Below are positions 7,073-17,216 of a stretch of DNA of 64,000 nucleotides, one piece after another. The first letter of the stretch is position 1, and each line of letters starts with the position of its first letter. A program made the position numbers and the translations under genes. Location: assembly GCA_045600485.1 (NCBI GenBank), contig JAZRXX010000033.1, positions 2,474 to 66,473 of the forward strand. Reading direction: 5' to 3'. The notes below the pieces were generated by a model. That model was given only the letters and a program-made list of their open reading frames with translations, was not told the origin of the DNA and did not search any database. The DNA comes from Bacteroidales bacterium (GTDB taxonomy: Bacteria; Bacteroidota; Bacteroidia; Bacteroidales; UBA3663).

Positions 7073-9892
7073 TCAATCATCGTACCAATCAATCTTATTG
7101 CTACGAGAAACAGATGACTTCTCATACTTCAAATCAGAAAGCATCGAACTCTTGACGGCTATGCAAACATGGAAGCTGGCATAACGACCAATAGGATTCA
7201 TCGAAGCAGTCAAGTTCCAGCAATGCATATCACGAGAACAACTCATATTCATATACGAAACCTTCTTTTCATTTAGGTCGTACGTCAAATTGTAGGAGAA
7301 ATTCCAGCCTTTCGTTGGCTGAATGCTTCCTGACACAGTTGCACTATGAGTGAGCTTGTAGTTATATTCCATCTTCCTCTTATTGAAGGTACCATAGCCA
7401 TAGCGCATCGTATAGGAGATATTCATTGACCAAGGAATTGTCCAGATCAAATAACCGTCGCCATCATAAGTTGATGAAGATTCTCCCGATTTCTTCTTTC
7501 TGTGTCCCTCTTTCTCCTTTTTGTATGATGGATCAAGATTTTCATCAACAGTATCTCCCATCTCGTCATCATCGTCATCCAATTCACTCTCTGTATCATT
7601 GGAATCACCGAAACCAAACAAAGCGGCGAGTTTCTTGTTGTTCAGCTGATAGCTATAACTGTAACCGGTATTCATCAGTCGAGGAAATTCACCGACCTTC
7701 CAACGAGGTACATTGATATGTGCTGGAGAACCGCTGCTTGTCAAGCCATACTTATAGGTATCGAAAGATCCCGAAAGGTTCATCGATCCAGACTTACCCA
7801 TTTTGATTACCACCGACAATGGTATCGTAGAACTCCAGTTCATGGAATCTGCGGCAAGATTATAACTGATGCTCGAAGTCAGGTTATCGATGATGGAGAT
7901 CTTCTTATAGCCGGTAGAATCCTTGTCACTACGGATTTTCGCCTCGATATTATTAGCCATCGAGAAACTGATGGCTCCGGTACGACCACGAGATGTTGTA
8001 CCATATAAATATCCGGTAAAAGGAGAATACTGAACAGTCTTGAAACCTCCCGGCACATGGGCATCAGGCATGACGTACGATGACCAGCTACCATACTTCT
8101 TCTGTCCGAAATCTGGAGTATAGCTATAAGAAATAGATGGAGTGAAAAGATGACGTACAGCAACCAGTTTCGCATTCTTGAAACAAGGCAATGGCGTATA
8201 GAATCCGTACAGCTTCGTATTGGCAGAGATGCTTGTCGAATAATTATAGACATTGTAGATACCATAAACAGTATCATTAGCAACACCGCCATAAGTTCCA
8301 TCTGGATTCATAATAGAAGGATCATAGAACTGCCGGGTCTTATGCGTATACATTCGGTCCGTAATGTTGAACGACGGTGTGACATTGATATACTTCAACA
8401 ACGTGAACGAAGCAGAGATCGGTACCGTATGTTGCATACCATTTCTCCAGTCCTTGATGAAACTCTTATGTATGAACTGATCCTGCTTGGTGGTTATACT
8501 GTTGGAGAAACGACCAGAATAGGACATAGAAATCTTTTCATACCAACGATCTGCACCTGATTTCACCTTGCGTTTGAAAGGATACAAACGGCTCATGGAA
8601 ACAGACAGATCTGGAAGAGAGACCACCAATGTGGAGTCTTGAGTACGCTGTGTAACAGATGTGCTTGCCGAAATGTTCCAATTACTGTTAGGTATCTTGA
8701 AGGTGGCATTGATCGTGCTCGATTTGGTACTCTGTGTCATCTCCGAACTGTAATAACTGGTAAGATTGTTACGTTCGTAGCCAGAGGTCGAAAAGTTAAC
8801 CGAAGCAGACAACGTCATGTTCGGATTGAAGCGGCTGTCTTGCGAGTGGCTCCAGATAGCACGGAAGTTTGTCATCTCGCTATAATCCGGCATACCTTTA
8901 TCGCCAGTAATGGTCTTTAGGTAGCTGAACGAATAATTGCCACGGAATTTATAACGCCAGGCATATTTAGAACTGGCAGTTACACCCCATGAACCCTTGG
9001 TGTAAATCTCACCTTTCAGCGAAAGATCGATAAAGTCATTGATTGCAAAATAGTAACCACCATCACGCAAATAAAGACCTTTGGTCTGATCGGCACCATA
9101 AGAAGGCATGATCACACCGCTGCTATAACTTTTGGTAAATGGGAAAAATCCGAATGGAATAGCCAATGGCAACGGAACATCGGCCACTACAAGATATGCA
9201 GGACCAGTCACTATGTTTTTCTTGGGACGGACTCGAGCCTTGGTCAAGTTGATGTAGAAATGAGGACAATCGTGCAAATCACAAGTGGTGTAACGGCCAT
9301 TCTCAAGGAAGATATCATTATCCGGCATCTTCTTGGTTGTTCCTCCAGTCACATAACCATCTCCCTGCTGCGTTACTACATCGGTAATATAGCCTTTGCC
9401 GGATTTGAAGTTGTAAGAAATAGTTCTTGTTTCGTATTCGCCCGATTTGTCCTTGAAGACAGGAGCGCCCTTCAACATCTTACTGCCTTCAGGAGCTTCT
9501 GGATCGGGCACACCGTTAGCATGAACAAGACTTGAATCCAGAGACATTTGGATTTGCTCAGCAGTTAGGTTGATATCATCGTAGGTGACTTCACTATTGC
9601 CATACAACCAAGCCATATTTCCCATTGAGAAGACCAACGAATCGGAACTTTTGTAGTTTACAACAGCCGTCAATCCACCTCCCTCTTTTCGAGACTTCGG
9701 AGCAATAGAATCAGCTGACAACGAATCGGTCAACAGCAACGAATCGTTCAACAGCAACGAATCAACAACCACAGTGTCGGTTACGGCCAAACTATCATTC
9801 GCCAGTTGCTGTGCATACACAAATGATGGCTGCAGGCCTAAGGCTACAGTCATCATCAATAGCAATAAAGCAATATATCGTAGTGTACGCAC
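7073..9892 (-). CDS. Large outer-membrane beta-barrel protein, LptD/OstA-like (putative LPS assembly protein)
   Basis: 939 aa with a GTG start and a signal peptide (MRTLRYIALLLLMMTVALG...VYAQQ). The sequence is long and rich in beta-strands and aromatic residues. This size and organisation are typical of Bacteroidetes LptD-like proteins. Confidence 0.55.
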   Translation of the reverse strand: MRTLRYIALLLLMMTVALGLQPSFVYAQQLANDSLAVTDTVVVDSLLLNDSLLLTDSLSADSIAPKSRKEGGGLTAVVNYKSSDSLVFSMGNMAWLYGNSEVTYDDINLTAEQIQMSLDSSLVHANGVPDPEAPEGSKMLKGAPVFKDKSGEYETRTISYNFKSGKGYITDVVTQQGDGYVTGGTTKKMPDNDIFLENGRYTTCDLHDCPHFYINLTKARVRPKKNIVTGPAYLVVADVPLPLAIPFGFFPFTKSYSSGVIMPSYGADQTKGLYLRDGGYYFAINDFIDLSLKGEIYTKGSWGVTASSKYAWRYKFRGNYSFSYLKTITGDKGMPDYSEMTNFRAIWSHSQDSRFNPNMTLSASVNFSTSGYERNNLTSYYSSEMTQSTKSSTINATFKIPNSNWNISASTSVTQRTQDSTLVVSLPDLSVSMSRLYPFKRKVKSGADRWYEKISMSYSGRFSNSITTKQDQFIHKSFIKDWRNGMQHTVPISASFTLLKYINVTPSFNITDRMYTHKTRQFYDPSIMNPDGTYGGVANDTVYGIYNVYNYSTSISANTKLYGFYTPLPCFKNAKLVAVRHLFTPSISYSYTPDFGQKKYGSWSSYVMPDAHVPGGFKTVQYSPFTGYLYGTTSRGRTGAISFSMANNIEAKIRSDKDSTGYKKISIIDNLTSSISYNLAADSMNWSSTIPLSVVIKMGKSGSMNLSGSFDTYKYGLTSSGSPAHINVPRWKVGEFPRLMNTGYSYSYQLNNKKLAALFGFGDSNDTESELDDDDDEMGDTVDENLDPSYKKEKEGHRKKKSGESSSTYDGDGYLIWTIPWSMNISYTMRYGYGTFNKRKMEYNYKLTHSATVSGSIQPTKGWNFSYNLTYDLNEKKVSYMNMSCSRDMHCWNLTASMNPIGRYASFHVCIAVKSSMLSDLKYEKSSVSRSNKIDWYDD

Positions 9893-9990
9893 GGATTTCT
9901 ATTTAAAAATTCTGCGCGAAGATAAGAATAATTTTTAATTTTTCCAACTCTTGCGCGCGAATCTTAAATAAAAATGTATTTTTTTAAACT

Positions 9991-12177
9991 TTATTCGGGT
10001 TTTACCTCTTCAAATGGAATGCGGAACGCGCAACCATTGGCGAAGTTCGAACATCCAAAGGCAGTCCTTCCTCGCAAAATCTGCCCAACGCCACACACCG
10101 GACAAACCTTTGGTAAAGTAGCCATCGTGTATTTATATTGTCCATCTGCCTCTGCCTGTTGTTTCGGTTTGGCTGGAGTTTTAGGCTTGCGTGTCTTAGG
10201 TTTTGCCTCACCCTCTGTTTTAGGCTTTGCTGTGGCTTTTGCTTTCTTGCCAGACACCTCCTCTTCTGCTGTAAATGCAACTCGAGTCTGCACATTATCA
10301 CGCACCACTTCATCCACAATCTGACGAACCATTTGCTTCAGTTCTTCAATAAAGACACGAGCCTCATATTCACCACGTTCGATCTGGCGAAGTTTCTTTT
10401 CCCATTGTCCAGTCAATTCGGCACTTTTAAGGATCTCCTGACGAATCAGGCCAATCAAATCGACACCTGTCTGAGTAGCAATCAGTGCCTTCTTCTCCTT
10501 ACGGATATAACGGCGACGGAAGAGCGTTTCAATAATCGCTGCTCGGGTTGAAGGACGACCCAAGCCATTCTCCTTCATTGCATCACGCAATTCTTCGTCA
10601 TCGCACAGTTTACCAGCCGTTTCCATGGCTCTGAGCAACGATGCTTCTGTATATAAAGCCGGAGCTTTGGTCCATTTTTCGAGCAACGATGGTGTATGTG
10701 GACCAGATTCCCCTTTTTCGAAATCTGGAAGAATTCCCTGTGAAGTTTCTTCATCCCCCTCCTGGCCCTCTTTTTTGCTCTCGGGCTTCGTTGTCGTAAT
10801 ATCTTCTCCATCACCTTGCAAATCGGCATAAACAGCTCGCCAACCAGGATCCACAATCACCTTACCACTAACCCTGAAAGGCACACCAGACTCCTCATTT
10901 TCACCGGCAAAGCCATTAACGGTTGTAGTATTGAAGATACATTCCGGATAGAAAACCGAGATAAAGCGACGGGCCACAAGATCATATACTTTACGTTCCT
11001 CCAATGTGATATTATTCGCAGGTAATCCAGTTGGAATGATAGCATGGTGATCTGTCACTTTCGAGTTATCAAACACCTTTTTGGTCTTCGGAAGCTTAAA
11101 GCCTGGAGCCAAAAGTGGAGCTGTTATCTTCTCGTACCCACGAAGTCCAGCCAACGTCTGAGGACATTTCGGGTAGATATCGTCGCTCAAGAAGGTTGTA
11201 TCCACACGTGGATAGGTCGTAAGTTTCTTTTCATAAAGACTTTGAATCAGTTTCAAGGTCTCATCGGCAGAGAAACCAAATTTACGGTTACAATCCACCT
11301 GCAGTGATGTCAAATCATACAATCGTGGTTGCTGTTCCTTGCCCTGCTTCTTCTGAACATCAGTCACAGTAAAGGGTTTCCCCTCAATCAGTTGCAACGC
11401 AGCTTCGGCATCCTCTCGTTTCTCGTATCGTCCATTGGTTGCATTAAAGGTCACTTCACGATAGAGTGTCTTAATTTCCCAATACTGCTGTGGCTCGAAA
11501 TTGGCGATTTCCCAATGACGTTTCACGACCAATGCAAGCGTAGGAGTCTGTACTCGACCAATACTGATCACCTGACGTTGCTCACGATGTCCATAATGCA
11601 CAGTATAAAGACGAGATGCGTTCATACCCAACAACCAATCTCCAATAGCACGGCTCAATCCAGCGGCATACAGTTTATCATATTGCTGCTGAGGCACAAG
11701 ATGCTGGAACCCATCTCGAATGGCATCATCGGTCAACGAAGAAATCCATAGACGCTGCACGGGACACTCTTTTCCATCTGGACGGAAATAAGTATCTCGC
11801 TCCTTATTATATATAATACCGGCTTTCTGCATCACCCATCGCTGTATGAGTTCACCCTCCTGTCCGGCATCACCGCAGTTGATGATCTCATCGGCATGGC
11901 TATACAAATCCGCAATGGCAGCAAACTGACGTTTTACGCCATCATCATTTTTCAAAGTGATTCCAAAGGTTTGCGGAATCATTGGCAAACGGCTTTCTGC
12001 CCACGGTTTCCAGTGTTCGGTATATTCTTCAGGATTCTTCAGCTCGCATAGGTGTCCAAAGGTCCAAGTCACCTGATACCCATTCCCTTCAAAATAGCCA
12101 TTCATCCTTCGGGTTGCCCCCAGTACATTGGCAATACTTTGTGCTACGCTCGGTTTCTCTGCAATACAAACTTTCAT
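9991..12177 (-). CDS. topB: DNA topoisomerase III
   Basis: Toprim N-terminus MKVCIAEKPS, and the TFGHL and QSLYEKKLTTYPRVD (active-site Tyr region) motifs. There is a Lys/Pro/Ala-rich tail and a C-terminal Cys-rich zinc-ribbon. The start is trimmed to the ATG at 12177. Confidence 0.9.
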   Translation of the reverse strand: MKVCIAEKPSVAQSIANVLGATRRMNGYFEGNGYQVTWTFGHLCELKNPEEYTEHWKPWAESRLPMIPQTFGITLKNDDGVKRQFAAIADLYSHADEIINCGDAGQEGELIQRWVMQKAGIIYNKERDTYFRPDGKECPVQRLWISSLTDDAIRDGFQHLVPQQQYDKLYAAGLSRAIGDWLLGMNASRLYTVHYGHREQRQVISIGRVQTPTLALVVKRHWEIANFEPQQYWEIKTLYREVTFNATNGRYEKREDAEAALQLIEGKPFTVTDVQKKQGKEQQPRLYDLTSLQVDCNRKFGFSADETLKLIQSLYEKKLTTYPRVDTTFLSDDIYPKCPQTLAGLRGYEKITAPLLAPGFKLPKTKKVFDNSKVTDHHAIIPTGLPANNITLEERKVYDLVARRFISVFYPECIFNTTTVNGFAGENEESGVPFRVSGKVIVDPGWRAVYADLQGDGEDITTTKPESKKEGQEGDEETSQGILPDFEKGESGPHTPSLLEKWTKAPALYTEASLLRAMETAGKLCDDEELRDAMKENGLGRPSTRAAIIETLFRRRYIRKEKKALIATQTGVDLIGLIRQEILKSAELTGQWEKKLRQIERGEYEARVFIEELKQMVRQIVDEVVRDNVQTRVAFTAEEEVSGKKAKATAKPKTEGEAKPKTRKPKTPAKPKQQAEADGQYKYTMATLPKVCPVCGVGQILRGRTAFGCSNFANGCAFRIPFEEVKPE

Positions 12178-12207
12178 AAAATCTCTCAAAATAGGGAAAA
12201 ACGGGTG

Positions 12208-12215
12208 CAAAGATA
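12208..12215 (-). promoter_or_regulatory. -7 promoter box (reverse complement TATCTTTG) for topB
   Basis: Exact TAnnTTTG on the minus strand, 31 nt upstream of the ATG at 12177. Confidence 0.45.
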
Positions 12216-12258
12216 AAGATTTTTTTGGAAACAAAAGCATAATCTCATTATTTTTTAT

Positions 12259-12266
12259 TATATTTG
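12259..12266 (+). promoter_or_regulatory. -7 promoter box TATATTTG
   Basis: Exact TAnnTTTG, 34 nt upstream of the ATG at 12300. Confidence 0.45.
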
Positions 12267-12299
12267 CGCCCAAGATAAAATAAAATCATTTACAAAGAT

Positions 12300-12905
12300 A
12301 TGAAATTTACTGAACTTTGTGCCCCAATTTTCGACAAGTCTATCGCTGACTATCATGTAACAGACAATGTGGACACTCCTATCAAGAATCCTTATCCAGA
12401 GCGCAGTATCGAGTTTTTTCTATACTTGAAAAACTGGATTGACACCGTACAATGGCATTTTGAGGATATCATTCGTGATCCACAGATTGATCCAGCGGCT
12501 GCTCTTGTCCTGAAACGTCGCATCGACAAGAGCAATCAGGACCGTACTGATCTCGTAGAGATGATTGACAGTTATTTCCTTGACAAATACAAAGATGTTA
12601 AGGTCTCAACCGAGGCAACAATCAATACCGAAAGTCCAGCTTGGGCTGTAGATCGTCTTTCGATCCTCTATTTGAAAATCTATCACATGCAAGCAGAAGT
12701 CAATCGCACCGATGTCGATGACGCTCATCGCCAGAAGTGTCAGGAGAAACTCAACGTACTCCTCACCCAGCGTGAAGATCTCTCGTCAGCCATCGATCAA
12801 CTATTGGAGGATATCGAAACCGGTCGCAAGTATATGAAAGTCTATAAACAGATGAAGATGTACAACGACCCAAATCTGAATCCAGTTCTGTACGGGAACA
12901 AGTGA
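12300..12905 (+). CDS. DUF4254 domain-containing protein
   Basis: 201 aa protein directly upstream of a GT9 gene. I recall this arrangement and the sequence style (WHFEDIIRDP...DRLSIL) from the Bacteroidetes DUF4254 family. The call is made from memory. Confidence 0.55.
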   Translation: MKFTELCAPIFDKSIADYHVTDNVDTPIKNPYPERSIEFFLYLKNWIDTVQWHFEDIIRDPQIDPAAALVLKRRIDKSNQDRTDLVEMIDSYFLDKYKDVKVSTEATINTESPAWAVDRLSILYLKIYHMQAEVNRTDVDDAHRQKCQEKLNVLLTQREDLSSAIDQLLEDIETGRKYMKVYKQMKMYNDPNLNPVLYGNK

Positions 12906-12928
12906 TTTGGGGTTAAAGGGAAAGGTAA

Positions 12929-13945
12929 ATGAAGAAACTTCTTGTCATTCGTTTCTCTGCTTTGGGAGATATTGCCATGACGGTGCCAGTAGTGGCATCG
13001 TTATGTAGGCAATATCCAGAACTACAGGTCACGATGCTAACCAGCAAGGTGGGCGCAAAAATCTATCAAGCCGTTTTAGCATCTACTGCCAATCTGACTG
13101 TGAAAGGTGTTGATGTCAAGAAGGATTACAAAGGCATCAGCGGGCTTAATCGTCTTTACCACGAATTGAAAGCAGAGGGTTTTGATGCGGTTGCAGATTT
13201 GCATGATGTCCTTCGCACTAAGTGGCTGAACCTACGATTCTCACTGCATCGCACACCCAAAGCGATAATCGAAAAGGGACGTTCCGACAAAAAAGCCCTC
13301 GTTGCTCACAAGCATAGCGAACAGCTCAAAACCAGCATAGAACGTTACCGTGAAGTTTTCGAAGCGTTAGGCCTACCTGTCAAACTGGACTTTACCCCCA
13401 CTCCTCTTGCCTCCAATCTTACTTTGGTCGGAAAAATCAATATCGGCATCGCACCTTTTGCTCAACATCGTGGCAAGATTTATCCCAAAGAGCAGATGCT
13501 TGACGTAATTGATGGACTTCTTGAAGTACACAAGGACCTGCATATCTATTTGTTTGGAGGACCAGAAGAACAGCAAGAACTCGAACAGTGGGTATGCCGT
13601 TGCCCTGAAAGAATTACCAATACAGCTGGCAAACAGTTCTTGGGCGATGATCTCCGCATGATGTCGAAATTGGATTGCATCATCTCGATGGATTCTGCCA
13701 ATATGCACTTGGCCTCATTAGTAGGATGTCGTGCTATCAGCATTTGGGGCGCTACCGATATCAAGGCGGGCTTCTATGGCTATCGTCAACTTCCAGACGA
13801 TATGGTTTCACTTCCACTGGAGTGCAGACCATGTTCCATCTATGGCAACAAACCTTGCAAATTCGGTGATTGGCATTGCATGACGGACATCCACCCCCAA
13901 ATGGTTATCGACAAAGTGCTGAATATCATCAAACCTCAAACCTGA
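12929..13945 (+). CDS. Glycosyltransferase family 9 protein (heptosyltransferase-like)
   Basis: MKKLLVIRFSALGDIAMTVP N-terminus and ISMDSANMHLAS near the C-terminus are GT9 hallmarks. Confidence 0.8.
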   Translation: MKKLLVIRFSALGDIAMTVPVVASLCRQYPELQVTMLTSKVGAKIYQAVLASTANLTVKGVDVKKDYKGISGLNRLYHELKAEGFDAVADLHDVLRTKWLNLRFSLHRTPKAIIEKGRSDKKALVAHKHSEQLKTSIERYREVFEALGLPVKLDFTPTPLASNLTLVGKINIGIAPFAQHRGKIYPKEQMLDVIDGLLEVHKDLHIYLFGGPEEQQELEQWVCRCPERITNTAGKQFLGDDLRMMSKLDCIISMDSANMHLASLVGCRAISIWGATDIKAGFYGYRQLPDDMVSLPLECRPCSIYGNKPCKFGDWHCMTDIHPQMVIDKVLNIIKPQT

Positions 13946-13949
13946 ACAA

Positions 13950-14630
13950 ATGAAAATCTACATTGCAGAAGACGAACCACTCGCCTCAGCCAAGTTGAAG
14001 TTATTTCTTGAGAAACTGGGCGAAGGTTCCGACATAACGATATACGACAATGGAATATCGGCATTGGCTGGCATATCGAAACAGCGACCGGATTTACTTT
14101 TTCTTGATATCCAGATGCCAGGAATGACTGGAATGGAAGTATTGCAGAAGATACAAGGCTTACCGGTCGTCATTACTAGCGCCTACGATCAGTATGCTAT
14201 CGACTCGTTCAGCTTGAACGTTACCGATTACCTGCTCAAACCCTATACACTCGAACGGCTGAAGTTAGCTATCGAAAAAGGTAAGAAAGCTATCCTTTTC
14301 CGAAAGCTCGAAGAGAAAGAGAACAGCCAGCAGATCTCCATCCGTGTCGAAGGATCGACAGAAATCATCAACACCTCCGAGATCATATATATCGAGGCGC
14401 TCAAGGATTATGTCAAAGTGGTACTGACCGATAGTCGTTTCCGCCTCACTCTTGGCAGTATGAACGGATTTGAAGAGCAATTGTCCGAAGCTTCATTTGT
14501 TCGTGTTCACCGCTCCTATCTCGTCAATTCACAAAAGATAATCTCACAATCTGCGGCAACATTAACCATGTCCGATGGCAAGGAAATTCCCATTGGACGC
14601 AAATATAAATCACTTATCGCTAATTCCTAA
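13950..14630 (+). CDS. LytR/AlgR-family response regulator (receiver + LytTR DNA-binding domain)
   Basis: The receiver domain has AEDEP and LLFLDIQMPGMTG. The C-terminal LytTR region has YIEALKDYVKV...FVRVHRSYLVN. Confidence 0.85.
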   Translation: MKIYIAEDEPLASAKLKLFLEKLGEGSDITIYDNGISALAGISKQRPDLLFLDIQMPGMTGMEVLQKIQGLPVVITSAYDQYAIDSFSLNVTDYLLKPYTLERLKLAIEKGKKAILFRKLEEKENSQQISIRVEGSTEIINTSEIIYIEALKDYVKVVLTDSRFRLTLGSMNGFEEQLSEASFVRVHRSYLVNSQKIISQSAATLTMSDGKEIPIGRKYKSLIANS

Positions 14631-14646
14631 TAGAACATCATATAAT

Positions 14647-15225
14647 ATGTATATTGAAAACAACCAAAAAGACTTGAATCGTCCAGGAAGCATAGAAGTA
14701 ATATGTGGCTCCATGTTCTCGGGCAAGACCGAGGAATTGATACGCCGAGTCAAACGCGCAGAAATCGCTCGTCAGAAGATCTGTATCTTCAAACCGACAA
14801 TCGACATCCGATACAGTCGCGAAGATGTTGTGTCTCACAATCAGACCTCTATCCCAGCGTTTCCTGTCGAGCATTCCCGACTCATTCTTCGCATGGGTAC
14901 CGAATATAATGTAGTAGCCATCGACGAAGCCCAGTTCTTTGATGCTGGTATTGTTGATGTATGCCGACAAATGGCCAATCAAGGAAAACGTGTTATTGTG
15001 GCAGGTCTTGATATGGACTATCTTGGGAATCCATTTGGTCCAATGCCTAATCTGTTAGCCATTGCCGATGAAGTTTATAAGACACGAGCCATTTGCATGA
15101 ACTGTGGCCGTCTCGCCAACTTCTCCTATCGAATTGCAGAAGGCGATCAACAAGTAATGTTAGGCGAGAAACTTGAATACATGCCTTTGTGTCGCAGTTG
15201 TTATCAGGAGATGCAGAAGAAATGA
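14647..15225 (+). CDS. tdk: Thymidine kinase
   Basis: P-loop GSMFSGKTEELIRR, IDEAQFF and a C-terminal Cys4 zinc site (CMNCG...CRSC). The start is trimmed to the ATG at 14647. Confidence 0.9.
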   Translation: MYIENNQKDLNRPGSIEVICGSMFSGKTEELIRRVKRAEIARQKICIFKPTIDIRYSREDVVSHNQTSIPAFPVEHSRLILRMGTEYNVVAIDEAQFFDAGIVDVCRQMANQGKRVIVAGLDMDYLGNPFGPMPNLLAIADEVYKTRAICMNCGRLANFSYRIAEGDQQVMLGEKLEYMPLCRSCYQEMQKK

Positions 15226-17216
15226 AACATCTCATCATCTTCCTGAACTATTGTCGTTCCCGACTCGACAACCCAGTTTACCGTCAATTCTCAAAGGAAT
15301 CCATTGACCGTCGTGACACCACGTTGCTCTTCTTGCCTCGTCCGCTGGAAGAGCGAGAACTCTTGCACGAAGTGGCTGACCTGCGTCGCAAGGAGAAGAT
15401 CAATCTGAGTGATGTAACTTTCCATATCTGTGCCAATTTCTGTCGAGCCGACGAAGGCGAATGTATGGCCCAAACAGCTCGACTCATCCGAAAGATATTC
15501 TCCGCTGATGCAGAGCATCATTATCGTTGCCTTGCCTATGCGTTCATTCCCGGTCTGCAGCAGTGTAACGAGAAGGAGATCAAGACCGTCTGGAACAACC
15601 TTGCAACAGCCAACAATGCTTCGTGCGAGTACTCCGAGTTCCAACTCATCAATCGCATTTATCTCTACCACGATGCTTCTCAGCAGTCTCTAGCAGAGTT
15701 TCTGTACGAGTCGATCCATTCCAAGATCGATATACTCGCACTAACCGAACCAGCAGAAAACACCGAAACATCGCAGAAAGAATCCGAAAAGGGCACAGAA
15801 CAATTCGCCCCTATATTTGCGACCTTCAACACTGCAGGCATCACTTATCCTGAGTCGAGTGTCCGTGACTATCTCCGCAAACAATATGTCTGTGCTTTGC
15901 TGAGATGCAGCAAACCGGAAGCGAACCCAACTACCATCGAGACCTGCAACGAAGAGGCAAAGCATATCCTGTCGTTTGTTCCAATCCAGAACTCCCGCAT
16001 TTGCTTGCAGGAGGAGATGTTCCTGAACAACGAAACAGACCACCAGAGTACTTGGAAGCCAGTCGAAAAGTTCTGGAAAGATACTGCCAACGGACAGTCA
16101 CAAGGTATGAATGATATTCCTCATTCTGACTGGCTGGACAAAATCCGTCAGCGCATCGAAGTCTTCTATCAAAGTCGTTTCCGTGATGTTGGTGTCGAAT
16201 ATTTCTTCCAACTTCAGGCCAAAAAGACAGATATCTACGTTCAGATTCTGCTTTCAATCATCAATCAGGAATATACGCGCACGGTTCAAAGCCATCCATA
16301 TTCGCCCGAAACGCAGAAAACAATTCTTCGTTCGATTGTCAACATCCTCCAGCAGAAGGTTCTCGAACTCCAAAACCTCGAAGAAGAGATCAATCGATCT
16401 ATTCAAATGACCGAAAAGAAGATTTCGGAGAGTGTTTCCCAATGGAATGGCATGAATTTCCTCTCACGTATGATGAAGAAAGACGATGCAATCCTCGACG
16501 AATACACTGCGTTGATGGCGACTCTTTATATACAAAAAACACAAGTGCCCGGCTGTCGCTTTGCAGTCAAATTGCTCAATGAACTCATTCCGGCCATTCA
16601 GGAATTGCAGGACAAAATCAGCGGGTCTCGTAAGGTTCTTGATGAAGCTATCTCTCTTGCAGAGAATGCAGCACACGATGCCGATCCATCAAAAGTATTG
16701 GGGCATTTCAGCCAAAAACAGGTAGAAATGGCGGCTCAAGAATTGCCAAAAGATACGGATCATTTCCTCAGTCGATATCAGCAGCTGATCCAGTTCTTCT
16801 TCAGTAACACCCCGGTTATTGATTGCGAAGATCTGATAGCACGCATTTACACACACTTCGGCGAAGAGATAGACAGCTATCTCAAGGAACGTATCACCAT
16901 TGGCACGCTCCCACCCGTCATGAATCAGGTCATCACCGAAAGAATGCGTGCACTCTATGCTGACCGTGGAGGACTTCAAGGATTCATTAACATCCTAAAA
17001 GAGCACACCCAGCTTAAGTTAGCCTTGAAGGAAAACAATATCGCCGATCATTATGTGCTTGTTTCTCCTGCCCAGACAGAGGACAGCGAACTTCGTCACA
17101 TAATCACCGACGATCTATCTCACATCCAGATGTTGCATTTGCAACAGGACGTTCGTCTTACCGACTTGGATGGATTCTCAGGCCAAAGAATGTTTATTGA
17201 ACCTACCATCTTTTAA
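15222..17216 (+). CDS. Hypothetical protein, 664 aa, no recognisable domain
   Basis: Long uninterrupted ORF. The ATG at 15222 overlaps the tdk stop (ATGA). The protein looks predominantly helical, with no P-loop, no TM segment and no signal peptide that I can see. Confidence 0.6.
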   Translation: MKHLIIFLNYCRSRLDNPVYRQFSKESIDRRDTTLLFLPRPLEERELLHEVADLRRKEKINLSDVTFHICANFCRADEGECMAQTARLIRKIFSADAEHHYRCLAYAFIPGLQQCNEKEIKTVWNNLATANNASCEYSEFQLINRIYLYHDASQQSLAEFLYESIHSKIDILALTEPAENTETSQKESEKGTEQFAPIFATFNTAGITYPESSVRDYLRKQYVCALLRCSKPEANPTTIETCNEEAKHILSFVPIQNSRICLQEEMFLNNETDHQSTWKPVEKFWKDTANGQSQGMNDIPHSDWLDKIRQRIEVFYQSRFRDVGVEYFFQLQAKKTDIYVQILLSIINQEYTRTVQSHPYSPETQKTILRSIVNILQQKVLELQNLEEEINRSIQMTEKKISESVSQWNGMNFLSRMMKKDDAILDEYTALMATLYIQKTQVPGCRFAVKLLNELIPAIQELQDKISGSRKVLDEAISLAENAAHDADPSKVLGHFSQKQVEMAAQELPKDTDHFLSRYQQLIQFFFSNTPVIDCEDLIARIYTHFGEEIDSYLKERITIGTLPPVMNQVITERMRALYADRGGLQGFINILKEHTQLKLALKENNIADHYVLVSPAQTEDSELRHIITDDLSHIQMLHLQQDVRLTDLDGFSGQRMFIEPTIF

